A stretch of 64,000 nucleotides of DNA, taken from positions 1 through 64,000 of IMG/VR virus record IMGVR_UViG_3300042402_003388. One strand, 5' to 3'. The position numbers and the translations under genes are program-made. Of the stretch, positions 20,244 to 29,843 are shown piece by piece. Below the pieces are notes generated by a model. The model was not told the origin of the DNA. It made no database searches and was given only the letters and a program-made list of their open reading frames with translations. Every line of letters begins with the position of its first letter. Position 1 is the first letter of the stretch. The DNA is from a virus.

Positions 20244-20591
20244 ATGAGTTTAAAAAATTTATTAATGGGTGAAACCAAACTTGTAAAAGTAGAAGATAAA
20301 AATCGTTTCTATTATATGTTACAACAAATGCAATCAAACCGTTGGAGAATTACCGCAGTAGTGTTGGGATTATTTTTCTTCATAATCTTAGGAATCAACG
20401 CGGGTATATTCTTTGGAATGACTGTAGGTGAGGATTGGAAAGAAATGTTATTAATTTTATTAGGTGCCTTTGTTGGTAACTTAAATAAAGTTGTTGACTA
20501 TTGGTTTAACTCTGAAGATAGAGATAAAATGTTAATTCAAAAAGTGGACGAAGAAGACGGAGTTTCTTTATCTAACACAACTGAAATCTAA
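20244..20591 (+). CDS. two-TM membrane protein
   Basis: two helices, LLGAF..VVDYWF. Confidence 0.7.
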   Translation: MSLKNLLMGETKLVKVEDKNRFYYMLQQMQSNRWRITAVVLGLFFFIILGINAGIFFGMTVGEDWKEMLLILLGAFVGNLNKVVDYWFNSEDRDKMLIQKVDEEDGVSLSNTTEI

Positions 20592-20592
20592 G

Positions 20593-22188
20593 ATGAACAT
20601 TAAGAAAATTTTATTAACACTAAGTTTTCTGTTCACAACATTAATGGTATTTGGACAGGGGTTTTCGTATACATATACGGACCCCTGTACTAATAAAATT
20701 AAAGAACTTTTCATTAATAACCCTAATGGAAATATTGCCTTAATGTATTATGGTCAGGTGCAAAGTTTTACCCCAACTCAATTACAATCAGGTGCCTTGG
20801 AGCAATGGATTACTCAAATTAATTCATCAAATCCTTCAGGACCTTGTAGTGGTGTTGCGTTATACCAAAATACGACAATGAATGCAATTATAGCTGCAAA
20901 TAATATTGCGGTACTAACTAATGTCCTATCGGCATTAAGTGACATATCATCAATGGGAGGAGCCAATATTGGGGGTATTGTTGAAGCTAAGGAAAAATCT
21001 AATTCCGAAGACGGTAAAACAAAACCTAAAGAAGGTCAATCAACCAACGGAGGGACAACTCAAAATAACTCTCAAAATACAGGTTCTCAGGGGTCTAATC
21101 CCCAAACAACCAACGGAACAACCAACGGAAATCCAATCCAAAATGGTGGTTCTAACGGTCAAACAACCTCAAATTCGGGGTCATCGACCATTAACAATCA
21201 AACACAAAATAATGGTACCACAAATAACAATGGAGGAGGTTCAGTTACTTCTGGAGGAAATCAAACGAACTCGCAATCACAAACAAGTAATGGAACTAAC
21301 CAAAACTCTGGAGGAGGTAATTCAGGTCAAGGAACAACAACATCAACAACAGGAGGAAACACTACAAATACAGGTAACTCACCTCAAGGAGGAGGTCAAA
21401 CGACTCAATCATCTGTAACAACGTCTAATGGTGGGGGTTCCCAAGGTTCAGGAGGAAATACTACTAACAATGGAAATGAAAAACCAAATGAGGATAAGTT
21501 AAATGATATGACTAAAACCTCATCATCTAATTCATCTCAAGTTAAATCTAAAGTTGCCAATGCAAAACAAGGTGGAATTTTATTAACGGGTGATATTGTT
21601 GCGATTAGCAGTGCGTCGGGTGAAGAGGCTCAACAGTTTAGGGTTAATATGAGTTTAACAAAATCAAATACGGATAACACATTTGTTAGAGGTGCTTTAC
21701 TTAATTTTACCAGTTCTATTAACAATTCAAATATTACCTTTTTTGCGGGATACCGAAGAAAAAACTTAACATCGATTATAGCCAATTCATCGATGTTAAA
21801 CTTTGAAAAAGATTTTTTCAATACAACCTCAATAATGGAATCTTATAAATATAAAAATATTACAGGTACTTTAGGGGTTAATTACACCACAGGTAATTTA
21901 GGTTCCGCGAGATTCCAAAGTTTATCCGCATTAGGGGGATTAATTGGTACTTTTAAAGTTACAAAAAAAATAAATAACACAACTATGTTAGTATTTGTAT
22001 ATTCACCATATGTATATTATTATGAAGGGTTGTGGTACGAATCAGGATGGTTGGCGGTACCATTCACTGCGTTTGATTATCGAATAAGTAGTAAATTTAA
22101 ATTAAATTTAAGTTTCAGTGGGGTTCAACAAGTCAAAGACGCCACATTAAATTACCAAGTATTACTTGGGGCTAAAGCTTTATTATAA
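20593..22188 (+). CDS. secreted protein with G/N/Q/S/T-rich linker and putative C-terminal beta-barrel
   Basis: signal peptide; ~190-aa low-complexity linker; amphipathic beta-strand C-terminus. Confidence 0.65.
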   Translation: MNIKKILLTLSFLFTTLMVFGQGFSYTYTDPCTNKIKELFINNPNGNIALMYYGQVQSFTPTQLQSGALEQWITQINSSNPSGPCSGVALYQNTTMNAIIAANNIAVLTNVLSALSDISSMGGANIGGIVEAKEKSNSEDGKTKPKEGQSTNGGTTQNNSQNTGSQGSNPQTTNGTTNGNPIQNGGSNGQTTSNSGSSTINNQTQNNGTTNNNGGGSVTSGGNQTNSQSQTSNGTNQNSGGGNSGQGTTTSTTGGNTTNTGNSPQGGGQTTQSSVTTSNGGGSQGSGGNTTNNGNEKPNEDKLNDMTKTSSSNSSQVKSKVANAKQGGILLTGDIVAISSASGEEAQQFRVNMSLTKSNTDNTFVRGALLNFTSSINNSNITFFAGYRRKNLTSIIANSSMLNFEKDFFNTTSIMESYKYKNITGTLGVNYTTGNLGSARFQSLSALGGLIGTFKVTKKINNTTMLVFVYSPYVYYYEGLWYESGWLAVPFTAFDYRISSKFKLNLSFSGVQQVKDATLNYQVLLGAKALL

Positions 22189-22189
22189 A

Positions 22190-22642
22190 ATGAAAACATT
22201 ATTATTAATTACATTGGCAACTTTAATGTCAATAACATCTTACTCTCAGTCGTGTTTTACTGTTAAAAGTGTTCAAACTAAAGACAGTATTCAAGGGATT
22301 AGCCCTAAACGATTCACATTGGGGGTAAAACAAATAACTGAAGAGGTATTATCTGAAAAATATTCTATATGTGAAGACGGGAAACCTGTTTCAGTTGTGA
22401 TTGAAAGTATTGAGGCTCCTACTACAGGTATCTCAATAGGTCCGTTCGAGAAAAAAAGAAAGGTTACTATAGTAACATTAAAAGTGACTATCGACAATAA
22501 AGATTACATTGGTGTTGGGGAGAGTAAAATTGATGTCAAATCAACTTTTATTGAATTACAAGATGAAAATATACCATTTGAAAAATCTTCATTTTCGGCA
22601 GGTTTGAAAAAGGCTTTAATTAATGCGGTTAATAAAATCTAA
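22190..22642 (+). CDS. secreted hypothetical protein
   Basis: signal peptide MKTLLLITLATLMSITSYS-Q. Confidence 0.7.
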   Translation: MKTLLLITLATLMSITSYSQSCFTVKSVQTKDSIQGISPKRFTLGVKQITEEVLSEKYSICEDGKPVSVVIESIEAPTTGISIGPFEKKRKVTIVTLKVTIDNKDYIGVGESKIDVKSTFIELQDENIPFEKSSFSAGLKKALINAVNKI

Positions 22643-24320
22643 GGTTAGAAACATAATATTTGTTTTGGTTTTGTTCTTCACAAATGTTGTTGTGGGGCAA
22701 AATTTTACTTATTCGGGGTATATCTACAATTCAAATGGGGTTGGGGCTTCAAATGTCCCTGTGAGATTATATAAAAGAACGACTCCATCATTAAACGGAT
22801 TTACATCCCAAACCAACTATAATGGACACTCATATTATCGTTCAACAGGTTCAATGTTTTGGTTAGACGCAAAAACCGCTTGTGAAAATATGAACGGTCA
22901 TTTAGCGACAATCTCAGATGTTTCCGAGAGAAATTTTCTTTTTAACACTTGGCCTTCAGGGTGGATAGGATATTATCAAGATAAAACAGGTCCCTTTTTT
23001 TCAGAACCTTTAGGTGGGTGGAGATGGACCGAAAATTATGTAACCGCAACTCAAACTAATAATTACGATGTTAGTAGTTATAGTTCAGGTAGTGTTTTAA
23101 CTGATTTAAAAAATTCAAAAAATATTACATTATATAATTCGCCAGTCCTTACTACAGGTGGTGGAAAATACCTAACATTTAATGGTGTTAATACCTATGG
23201 GATTACACCAAGTTTAACAAGTCATTTCACAAATTCAAACGTAATCACATTAGTACTATGGGTGTACCCAACAGGAAATGGTGTTATATTAAGTGAATTA
23301 GGAATCCCATCACCATCTTCAGGATGGCACGAATCTGTGGTCGAGATTACTGGTGGTAATACATTAAGATGTGGTTTTTGGAATGGTACGGGAATTACTC
23401 AAATATCTACAAGTATTACGTTAAATCAGTGGTGTATGATAGCATTAACCTATAATGGGTCGACAATGACAGGATATAGAAATGGAGTGTCTTTTGGTAG
23501 TACAACATTTAGTAGATTTAGTCCTCATTTAAATGGTGGTGGAGACCAAATTTTTGCGTTAGGATTAACTGATGCGACTAATATGGGTCACGGTGGATAT
23601 GGTTCTTTCAGATTAGGTGCGTTCCAAGTGTATAATACTTCTTTAACTTCAGATGAAATAAATAGAAATTATATGTCATTATCTTACAGGTTTGGTATAA
23701 ATCCATATCTATCGTGGAATGGTGGAGAACCGAATAATTCAGGAACTGAGGATTACGCTCAATTTGTTGGAGGTGGTCTATGGAACGACTTACCTAATAA
23801 TGTTTCGTTACCTTATGTACTTGAATTTGATTATATCGTTACCTTTACTCCTTGGGTATTATTTAAAACCGTGTATACGGATTTTACAGGTAAATACACA
23901 ATTAATGAATCCACCAACCCATCAGTTGAGTGGTATATTCAATTAGACGCTCCTACCACAATTACAGGTCTACAAAATATTGATGCAATAGCGGCGTCCA
24001 CAAAGGCAATAAGTAGGTCCTTCACTTCTTTAGATTATTATAAGTACGATGTTAATAATGATGGTAATATTACGGTATCTGACGAGTATTATATTTTTAT
24101 GAAAAAGAATGGAAGGTTTTCAAGTTGGGGTCCCTCTTTACCGAGCGTTAGATTATTTACTTCATCCCAATTTTCAATAATTAATTCGTCGACTAATGAC
24201 TTAAGAAGTACTTATCCTGGTGTTCAAAGTATAACTATATCAACACCAACCAATGGAGGTAGTTCAAATTATTATTTAATTAATACGGGGTATTCTAATA
24301 GTACTATTTTAGGGTATTAA
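22623..24320 (+). CDS. secreted C-type lectin + LamG-like + dockerin-like protein
   Basis: YNGHSYY..W.DAK.AC...GHLATI; WNGGEPNN..EDY..WND; LamG-like insert; DVNNDGNITVSD. Confidence 0.75.
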   Translation: MRLIKSKVRNIIFVLVLFFTNVVVGQNFTYSGYIYNSNGVGASNVPVRLYKRTTPSLNGFTSQTNYNGHSYYRSTGSMFWLDAKTACENMNGHLATISDVSERNFLFNTWPSGWIGYYQDKTGPFFSEPLGGWRWTENYVTATQTNNYDVSSYSSGSVLTDLKNSKNITLYNSPVLTTGGGKYLTFNGVNTYGITPSLTSHFTNSNVITLVLWVYPTGNGVILSELGIPSPSSGWHESVVEITGGNTLRCGFWNGTGITQISTSITLNQWCMIALTYNGSTMTGYRNGVSFGSTTFSRFSPHLNGGGDQIFALGLTDATNMGHGGYGSFRLGAFQVYNTSLTSDEINRNYMSLSYRFGINPYLSWNGGEPNNSGTEDYAQFVGGGLWNDLPNNVSLPYVLEFDYIVTFTPWVLFKTVYTDFTGKYTINESTNPSVEWYIQLDAPTTITGLQNIDAIAASTKAISRSFTSLDYYKYDVNNDGNITVSDEYYIFMKKNGRFSSWGPSLPSVRLFTSSQFSIINSSTNDLRSTYPGVQSITISTPTNGGSSNYYLINTGYSNSTILGY

Positions 24321-24390
24321 TATACTATCTAAGATATATGTTGTTTTTCAAATATTTATAGTAAATAAACTATTATAAAATATTAAAACA

Positions 24391-25212
24391 ATGTTATTAA
24401 AAAAAGGTTCTAAAGGTGAAGACGTAAAAAAATTACAATCAAAATTAGGTCTTGTCGCTGATGGAGATTTCGGTCCTGGTACTGAAACAAAAGTTAAAGA
24501 ATGGCAAGCGGCAAACGGTTTAACTGCAGATGGTATCGTAGGTGACGGTACTTGGGGTAAAATGTTTGCGGGAGAAGTCATTAAAGAAGACGTGGTAATC
24601 CCAACGGGAGGACCATTAAAATTAGAAAAATTAAAAGGTCATATTCCTGACGCGGTAATCGCTCAAATTCCTGAGACTGCTGCTAAATTCAATATTACAA
24701 CACCATTAAGATTAGCCCATTTCTTGGCACAATGTGGTCACGAATCAGGAGGTTTTAAGGCGGTTAGTGAGAATGTAAACTATTCTGCAGATGGTCTTAA
24801 AAAAATATTTGGGAAGTACTTCCCTGGTAATTTGGCAGAGTCTTACGCAAGACAACCTGAAAAAATTGCATCTCGTGTTTACGGGGGTAGAATGGGTAAC
24901 GGTGACGAAGCGTCAAAAGAAGGGTTTAAATTCCGTGGAAGAGGCTACATCCAATTAACTGGAAAATCAAACTATACAAACTTTGCCAAGTTTATTGGTG
25001 AGGATACTGTGGCAAATCCTGATTTGGTTGCAACTAAATACCCATTAGCATCTGCGGCGTTTTTCTTTGACTCAAATAAACTTTGGTCTATTTGTGATAA
25101 AGGTGCTGACGAAGCGACAGTAACTGCGGTGACTAAAAGAGTGAATGGTGGGACTATTGGATTAGTCGATAGATTAAAACATTTTAAAGAATATTATTCA
25201 CTTTTAGCATAA
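24391..25212 (+). CDS. endolysin: PG-binding domain + glycoside hydrolase family 19
   Basis: DGDFGPGTE..VK.WQ..GL.ADGIVG; HFLAQCGHESGG; FRGRGYIQLTG; KRVNGG. Confidence 0.9.
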   Translation: MLLKKGSKGEDVKKLQSKLGLVADGDFGPGTETKVKEWQAANGLTADGIVGDGTWGKMFAGEVIKEDVVIPTGGPLKLEKLKGHIPDAVIAQIPETAAKFNITTPLRLAHFLAQCGHESGGFKAVSENVNYSADGLKKIFGKYFPGNLAESYARQPEKIASRVYGGRMGNGDEASKEGFKFRGRGYIQLTGKSNYTNFAKFIGEDTVANPDLVATKYPLASAAFFFDSNKLWSICDKGADEATVTAVTKRVNGGTIGLVDRLKHFKEYYSLLA

Positions 25213-25271
25213 ATCGTCATTGATTTAAAAAAAATTGTTTATATTTGCATTACACGATTAATAAGAAAAGT

Positions 25272-25499
25272 ATGATTGAAGATTTCAAAAAAGATTATGA
25301 TTGGGTAATCAACGTATTACAGTCTTGTACTAAACAAGGTCAATTAGACACTACTGAAAAATGTTATGGACAGTTTAAAGATAAGTGGTCAAGTTTTTTT
25401 AAATCAAACGATAGTCAAATAGATAAACTCACATTTGAATATGATGAAAAGTTTCAAATTATTTTGACTCATAAAAGAAACACATTGGGGTGGAACTAA
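25272..25499 (+). CDS. hypothetical protein
   Basis: ORF after TATATTTG promoter. Confidence 0.65.
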   Translation: MIEDFKKDYDWVINVLQSCTKQGQLDTTEKCYGQFKDKWSSFFKSNDSQIDKLTFEYDEKFQIILTHKRNTLGWN

Positions 25500-25519
25500 A
25501 CCACCCCATTTTTTAAAAT

Positions 25520-25954
25520 ATGGAACAGACACAAATAGAATATAAAAGTGAATTTTTACCTGATGTAACCATTGTTGTGGTATTCAGTAACGACCCATTA
25601 TATCCGCAAGTTAAAGAGTATTTCGAGGAATATGGTTACGGTTTTATGGTACCAAATAAAAATTTGGTTATTATTGACGGTGATGTTTTAATGGATGAAG
25701 GTAATGAAGGGGTTTTGAAATTTATTGAGGCTCACGAAGTATCTCATATACTTTTAGACCATTCAGGTCCTAGAGATGAAAGAGAAGAGCTTGAAGCGGA
25801 TTTAGGGGCTTACCTTATTTTACAATATTATGGGTATGAAAAACCTATCGAATTATTATTAAAACACTTTAAAGAGCGACACGGTATGGAGTTTAATGAA
25901 GACTTATTACCTGAAATATCAAAAAAATTGGGTCTAACAGACTCTGAAGATTGA
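25520..25954 (+). CDS. HEXXH metallopeptidase-like protein
   Basis: AHEVSH ... ELEADLGA. Confidence 0.65.
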   Translation: MEQTQIEYKSEFLPDVTIVVVFSNDPLYPQVKEYFEEYGYGFMVPNKNLVIIDGDVLMDEGNEGVLKFIEAHEVSHILLDHSGPRDEREELEADLGAYLILQYYGYEKPIELLLKHFKERHGMEFNEDLLPEISKKLGLTDSED

Positions 25955-25984
25955 TTTTTTTAAATATTTGTTATATTTATTAAA

Positions 25985-26056
25985 ACATCCGCCCTTCTTT
26001 GGGTGTCTATATATATCCTGTATCAAAAGACCTGAGAGAAATCTTAGGTCTTTTTT
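25985..26056 (+). ncRNA. candidate ~70-nt small RNA
   Basis: TATTTAT motif, 5' hairpin ACATCC/GGGTGT, terminator; 21 nt identical to 41387-41407. Confidence 0.5.
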
Positions 26057-26100
26057 GTTTTATTAAAAATTAATCACTATCTTTGTAAAAAATTAAAATT

Positions 26101-26736
26101 ATGAAAGTAGGATTTGCGGATAGTTTTGGAGACAGTCTTAAAAGAATGATACAACACCAAACTTGGTGGTATAAAACATATGAATTATTTAGGTATGACC
26201 TACCAAGATTCTTTAAGAATGTTTGGACGTTTAGAAAGGCATTATGGAAACATTATTGGTTTGACCATCACGGAACGTTAATGTTTCTTGAGATTGGATT
26301 AACTAATATCTCAGATACTGTTGAAAAGTACGGTAATGAGGTCGATGGTCCCCGTTTAAAGAAGGTTGCAGCGATGCGTAGAGCAATTGAGTTAATCAGA
26401 AACTACAATCAAGACAAGTACATTGAGATGGCGGAAAAAGAGATTGGTGAATTAGTGATTCACGATTGGGAATTTGAACCTGTTGAGGATAAACCAGGGT
26501 ACAGTCGTTTAATCGATAAAGATACTGACGAAGAAAGAATTCACAATCGTAAAGTATTTGACAGAGCACACGAGATTGAGGAACAAGAATGGAATGAACT
26601 TTTTAAAATCTTAAAAGGTCAGGATTATAAAGAATATCGTGAATTATACGACTCTCAAACAGAAGAAGAGAAAAAAGAACGAGAACTTTGGAACGAATGG
26701 TTCGATGGTTCTGGAATAAAAGGTTGGTGGGATTAG
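26101..26736 (+). CDS. conserved phage hypothetical protein ending GWWD
   Basis: 211-aa ORF after TATCTTTG promoter. Confidence 0.75.
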   Translation: MKVGFADSFGDSLKRMIQHQTWWYKTYELFRYDLPRFFKNVWTFRKALWKHYWFDHHGTLMFLEIGLTNISDTVEKYGNEVDGPRLKKVAAMRRAIELIRNYNQDKYIEMAEKEIGELVIHDWEFEPVEDKPGYSRLIDKDTDEERIHNRKVFDRAHEIEEQEWNELFKILKGQDYKEYRELYDSQTEEEKKERELWNEWFDGSGIKGWWD

Positions 26737-26758
26737 AAATTATTATTATCTTTGTACT

Positions 26759-27475
26759 ATGAAAATTACATTTATATCAGATACACACACAAAACACAAA
26801 CACATAACTCAGGATTTACCTGGTGGTGATTTGTTAATCCACGCAGGAGATATGTCTTCTATGGGTTATGAACACGAAATTAGAGAATTTTGTAAATGGT
26901 TCGATAGTATTGATAACTACGACCACAAAATCTTTATTGCGGGTAATCACGATTGGGGTTTCCAAAACAATGCTGAGAAATCAATGGAGATTGTTAACTC
27001 ATACAAAACCGTTGACTATCTACAAGATGATTGGATGATTGTTGGAGATGGTGACCCTCATTCTGCGGATGTAAAAACCGCCAAAGTCTACGGTAGTCCT
27101 TGGCAGCCTGAGTTTTATAATTGGGCGTTCAACCTACCAAAAAATGGTTCTGAGTTATTAGAGAAATGGAATGCAATCCCTGAGGATACGGATATCTTAA
27201 TTACTCACGGTCCTGCGTGGGGATTCTTGGATGATGTTGAAGGTAGAAGAGGAGACCATTTAGGTTGTGAATTATTAGCAGAGAGAATTAAAACTATCAA
27301 ACCAAAAATTCACGTTTGTGGTCACATCCACACTGGATACGGCCACTACTTTGATGGACACACTCATTATTTCAACGCGTCGGTATTGAACGAAAGATAC
27401 CTTTACGCACATACCCCTTGGAATATCGATTGGGACCCAATCACAAATAAAGTTACTTTTTTGGGTAATGATTAA
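26759..27475 (+). CDS. calcineurin-like metallophosphoesterase
   Basis: SDTH, HAGD, AGNHD, THGP, GHIH motifs. Confidence 0.9.
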   Translation: MKITFISDTHTKHKHITQDLPGGDLLIHAGDMSSMGYEHEIREFCKWFDSIDNYDHKIFIAGNHDWGFQNNAEKSMEIVNSYKTVDYLQDDWMIVGDGDPHSADVKTAKVYGSPWQPEFYNWAFNLPKNGSELLEKWNAIPEDTDILITHGPAWGFLDDVEGRRGDHLGCELLAERIKTIKPKIHVCGHIHTGYGHYFDGHTHYFNASVLNERYLYAHTPWNIDWDPITNKVTFLGND

Positions 27476-27522
27476 AAGAGCCACCTTCGGGTGGTTTTTT
27501 TATTTCCAAAGTATTTATTTGT

Positions 27523-28110
27523 ATGAGAAGATTTGAAAATGAATTACCTGTATCGGTATTAAAAATGATTATCAAAGAAATTGATAAAGAATCCGCAGAA
27601 AAAAATATTGATTGGACTTACGACGACGTTTATGATGATAATGTTTTAAACTTAATTGATTCTTCTCTTAAGAAATTTGGTATTACTGACATTGATTGGG
27701 AAGACTATGGATTTTTTTGGAAATTATACCAAGACAACCATAACTTTAACGGGGATGGGGATATTACAATCCCAAGAATGATGGAATTTCCTGTCACGAT
27801 TAGAGTTGATGTAAGTAAACAGACTACTGAAAAATATTTACACAGTATTAATACATATTCTAAAGATTATGTTAGCGGGTTTATTTATAATGACCCTGAT
27901 GGGTTTGATTATTATACTGGTGAGTTTATTGATGAAGATATCTATGATTCTGACACAGGAGATTGGGAAATTACTCATATTGGGAAAGCAACATTAGTAG
28001 AATCAAAGAGACCTAAAAAAGTTTTGACAGAATCTCAAAATAGAGAATTACAAGACTTACTAATAATGAAAAAAACAATAGAACAAAGAATTAAGACCCT
28101 TTCTTCCTAA
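27523..28110 (+). CDS. hypothetical late protein
   Basis: TATTTAT upstream; 195 aa. Confidence 0.7.
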   Translation: MRRFENELPVSVLKMIIKEIDKESAEKNIDWTYDDVYDDNVLNLIDSSLKKFGITDIDWEDYGFFWKLYQDNHNFNGDGDITIPRMMEFPVTIRVDVSKQTTEKYLHSINTYSKDYVSGFIYNDPDGFDYYTGEFIDEDIYDSDTGDWEITHIGKATLVESKRPKKVLTESQNRELQDLLIMKKTIEQRIKTLSS

Positions 28111-28324
28111 CGGTTTTCTTTTCCGCAGCAATATGGTCTTTTAAGGTCTTTTTCTTATCAGGGGTTTCGTGAACGTAACCCTTTTTATATTTAACCTCAA
28201 CCTCAACAGGACCTGTTGTAGTTCTATTTAAATCGTACTTCCATATTGAAATTGTAAATTCATCTTCATAAATTCTTTCAAATTTAGTTGGTCTGTCTCC
28301 TTTAATGTTATTTGGTTTACTCAT
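28091..28324 (-). CDS. hypothetical protein
   Basis: 77-aa ORF. Confidence 0.65.
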   Translation of the reverse strand: MSKPNNIKGDRPTKFERIYEDEFTISIWKYDLNRTTTGPVEVEVKYKKGYVHETPDKKKTLKDHIAAEKKTVRKKGS

Positions 28325-28380
28325 AGGACAAAGTTATAAATATTTTTGTAAAATAAAAAATAAAATTGTATTTTTGTACT

Positions 28381-28839
28381 ATGAAAAAAATAATATTATT
28401 CCTTTTAGTTTTAATTAGTGTTCCGTCTTACGGACAATACTCAGGATTAACGGTAATCCCTGAGGATAGAAGTGTAATTTGTTCATTCGAGAATATCAAT
28501 GACGATAACTTTGGATTTTATATTGGGGCCTTTTATAAAATTGGTGCAACATCTAATCCGTATATCTATCGAACCCCTTACGCATATTTTAATAGAATAG
28601 GTATTAACTACGGATTTTTAAAGTGTGGGTTAGTTGTTGGTGCTGGTGTTAAGACTGATTTAACTATAGGTCCTGACCCTGTTTTTTATCCTGATGTTAT
28701 GGTTAAACTACAACCAATAAAACTTTTAACCCGTAATAAAGACATATGGGATATATCTGTTACTGTTGGAGTTACTGACATACCGTATATTGGTTTTGGA
28801 ATTTCTATACCTTATCGGTACGGAACCTACTATCGATAG
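28381..28839 (+). CDS. secreted, possible small outer-membrane beta-barrel protein
   Basis: signal peptide; alternating beta-strand pattern. Confidence 0.6.
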   Translation: MKKIILFLLVLISVPSYGQYSGLTVIPEDRSVICSFENINDDNFGFYIGAFYKIGATSNPYIYRTPYAYFNRIGINYGFLKCGLVVGAGVKTDLTIGPDPVFYPDVMVKLQPIKLLTRNKDIWDISVTVGVTDIPYIGFGISIPYRYGTYYR

Positions 28840-28850
28840 TATTTATTGTT

Positions 28851-29843
28851 ATGAACAATAACCCAAATTTATATAATATAGTCAATAGAGTAATTAAAGA
28901 TAAGGTTTTCCAATACGAGGGACCTTTTGTTAGTGGAGCCCCTGATTTCAAGATTAAGTGTTCATTTAAAATTGAATTAGTGGGTGACGTTGAGTTACTT
29001 CATATGGGGGAACCTAGAAATCACGTTGGGGTTAAAGTTTATATTACTGAATTTACTCCACATCAGTTTTCGGACTTATTAGATAAATGTGATACTCGAA
29101 ATAAGTGTTGGGATAGGTCCTACCATTTTACAAGAGAACTTACTCAATACATTTGGAGAGTATTACAACATTTTAGTATAAATGATGACCCTAGTATTGA
29201 ATCAATCGAATATATAGGTAAAAAATATGACCCATTAGAAACACACCCTGAAATGATTAAAGAAACTAAATCAGAAAAAAGAAACGTAGTTAGAAAAGTT
29301 GTTGAAGATATTGTTAGAGTATTTAAAACCCGAGGAGAGGGGGATTATTTATTGCCTGAGGATATTAGTGAAGAAATTACGTATAACTTTCATAATTTAA
29401 AAACAGAATTTAATCTTGAGTTAACCATTATTAAATCGGATGAAATCGAGGATTACGAACTTGATGGTGGTTATTATGATGATGAGGACACTATGGAGAT
29501 TGAAATTATCTACAATGAAAATGCGTTTCCACAAAAAATGTATGATTTAGTTGGTAGTTTAAATGAAACTGTTAGACACGAATTACAACATTTAATACAG
29601 TCGGAAAGGGGTGATTACAAACCAAGTAACCCGACTAACAATCCTAAGAAATATTATGTACAACCACACGAGTTAGATGCTCAGGTTGCGGGTCTTAAAC
29701 GAATTTCTAAAATAAGAAAACAACCATTTGAACAAAGTGCACGAGAATGGTTTGCAAAAAATAAATCTAAACATACCTTAGATGATAAACATCAAGAGAA
29801 GGTAATTCAAAGAATCTTACAGTACTATAAGGATGGCAAATAA
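28851..29843 (+). CDS. protein with C-terminal HEXXH zincin-like domain
   Basis: VRHELQHLIQ ... YY..PHELDA. Confidence 0.7.
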   Translation: MNNNPNLYNIVNRVIKDKVFQYEGPFVSGAPDFKIKCSFKIELVGDVELLHMGEPRNHVGVKVYITEFTPHQFSDLLDKCDTRNKCWDRSYHFTRELTQYIWRVLQHFSINDDPSIESIEYIGKKYDPLETHPEMIKETKSEKRNVVRKVVEDIVRVFKTRGEGDYLLPEDISEEITYNFHNLKTEFNLELTIIKSDEIEDYELDGGYYDDEDTMEIEIIYNENAFPQKMYDLVGSLNETVRHELQHLIQSERGDYKPSNPTNNPKKYYVQPHELDAQVAGLKRISKIRKQPFEQSAREWFAKNKSKHTLDDKHQEKVIQRILQYYKDGK

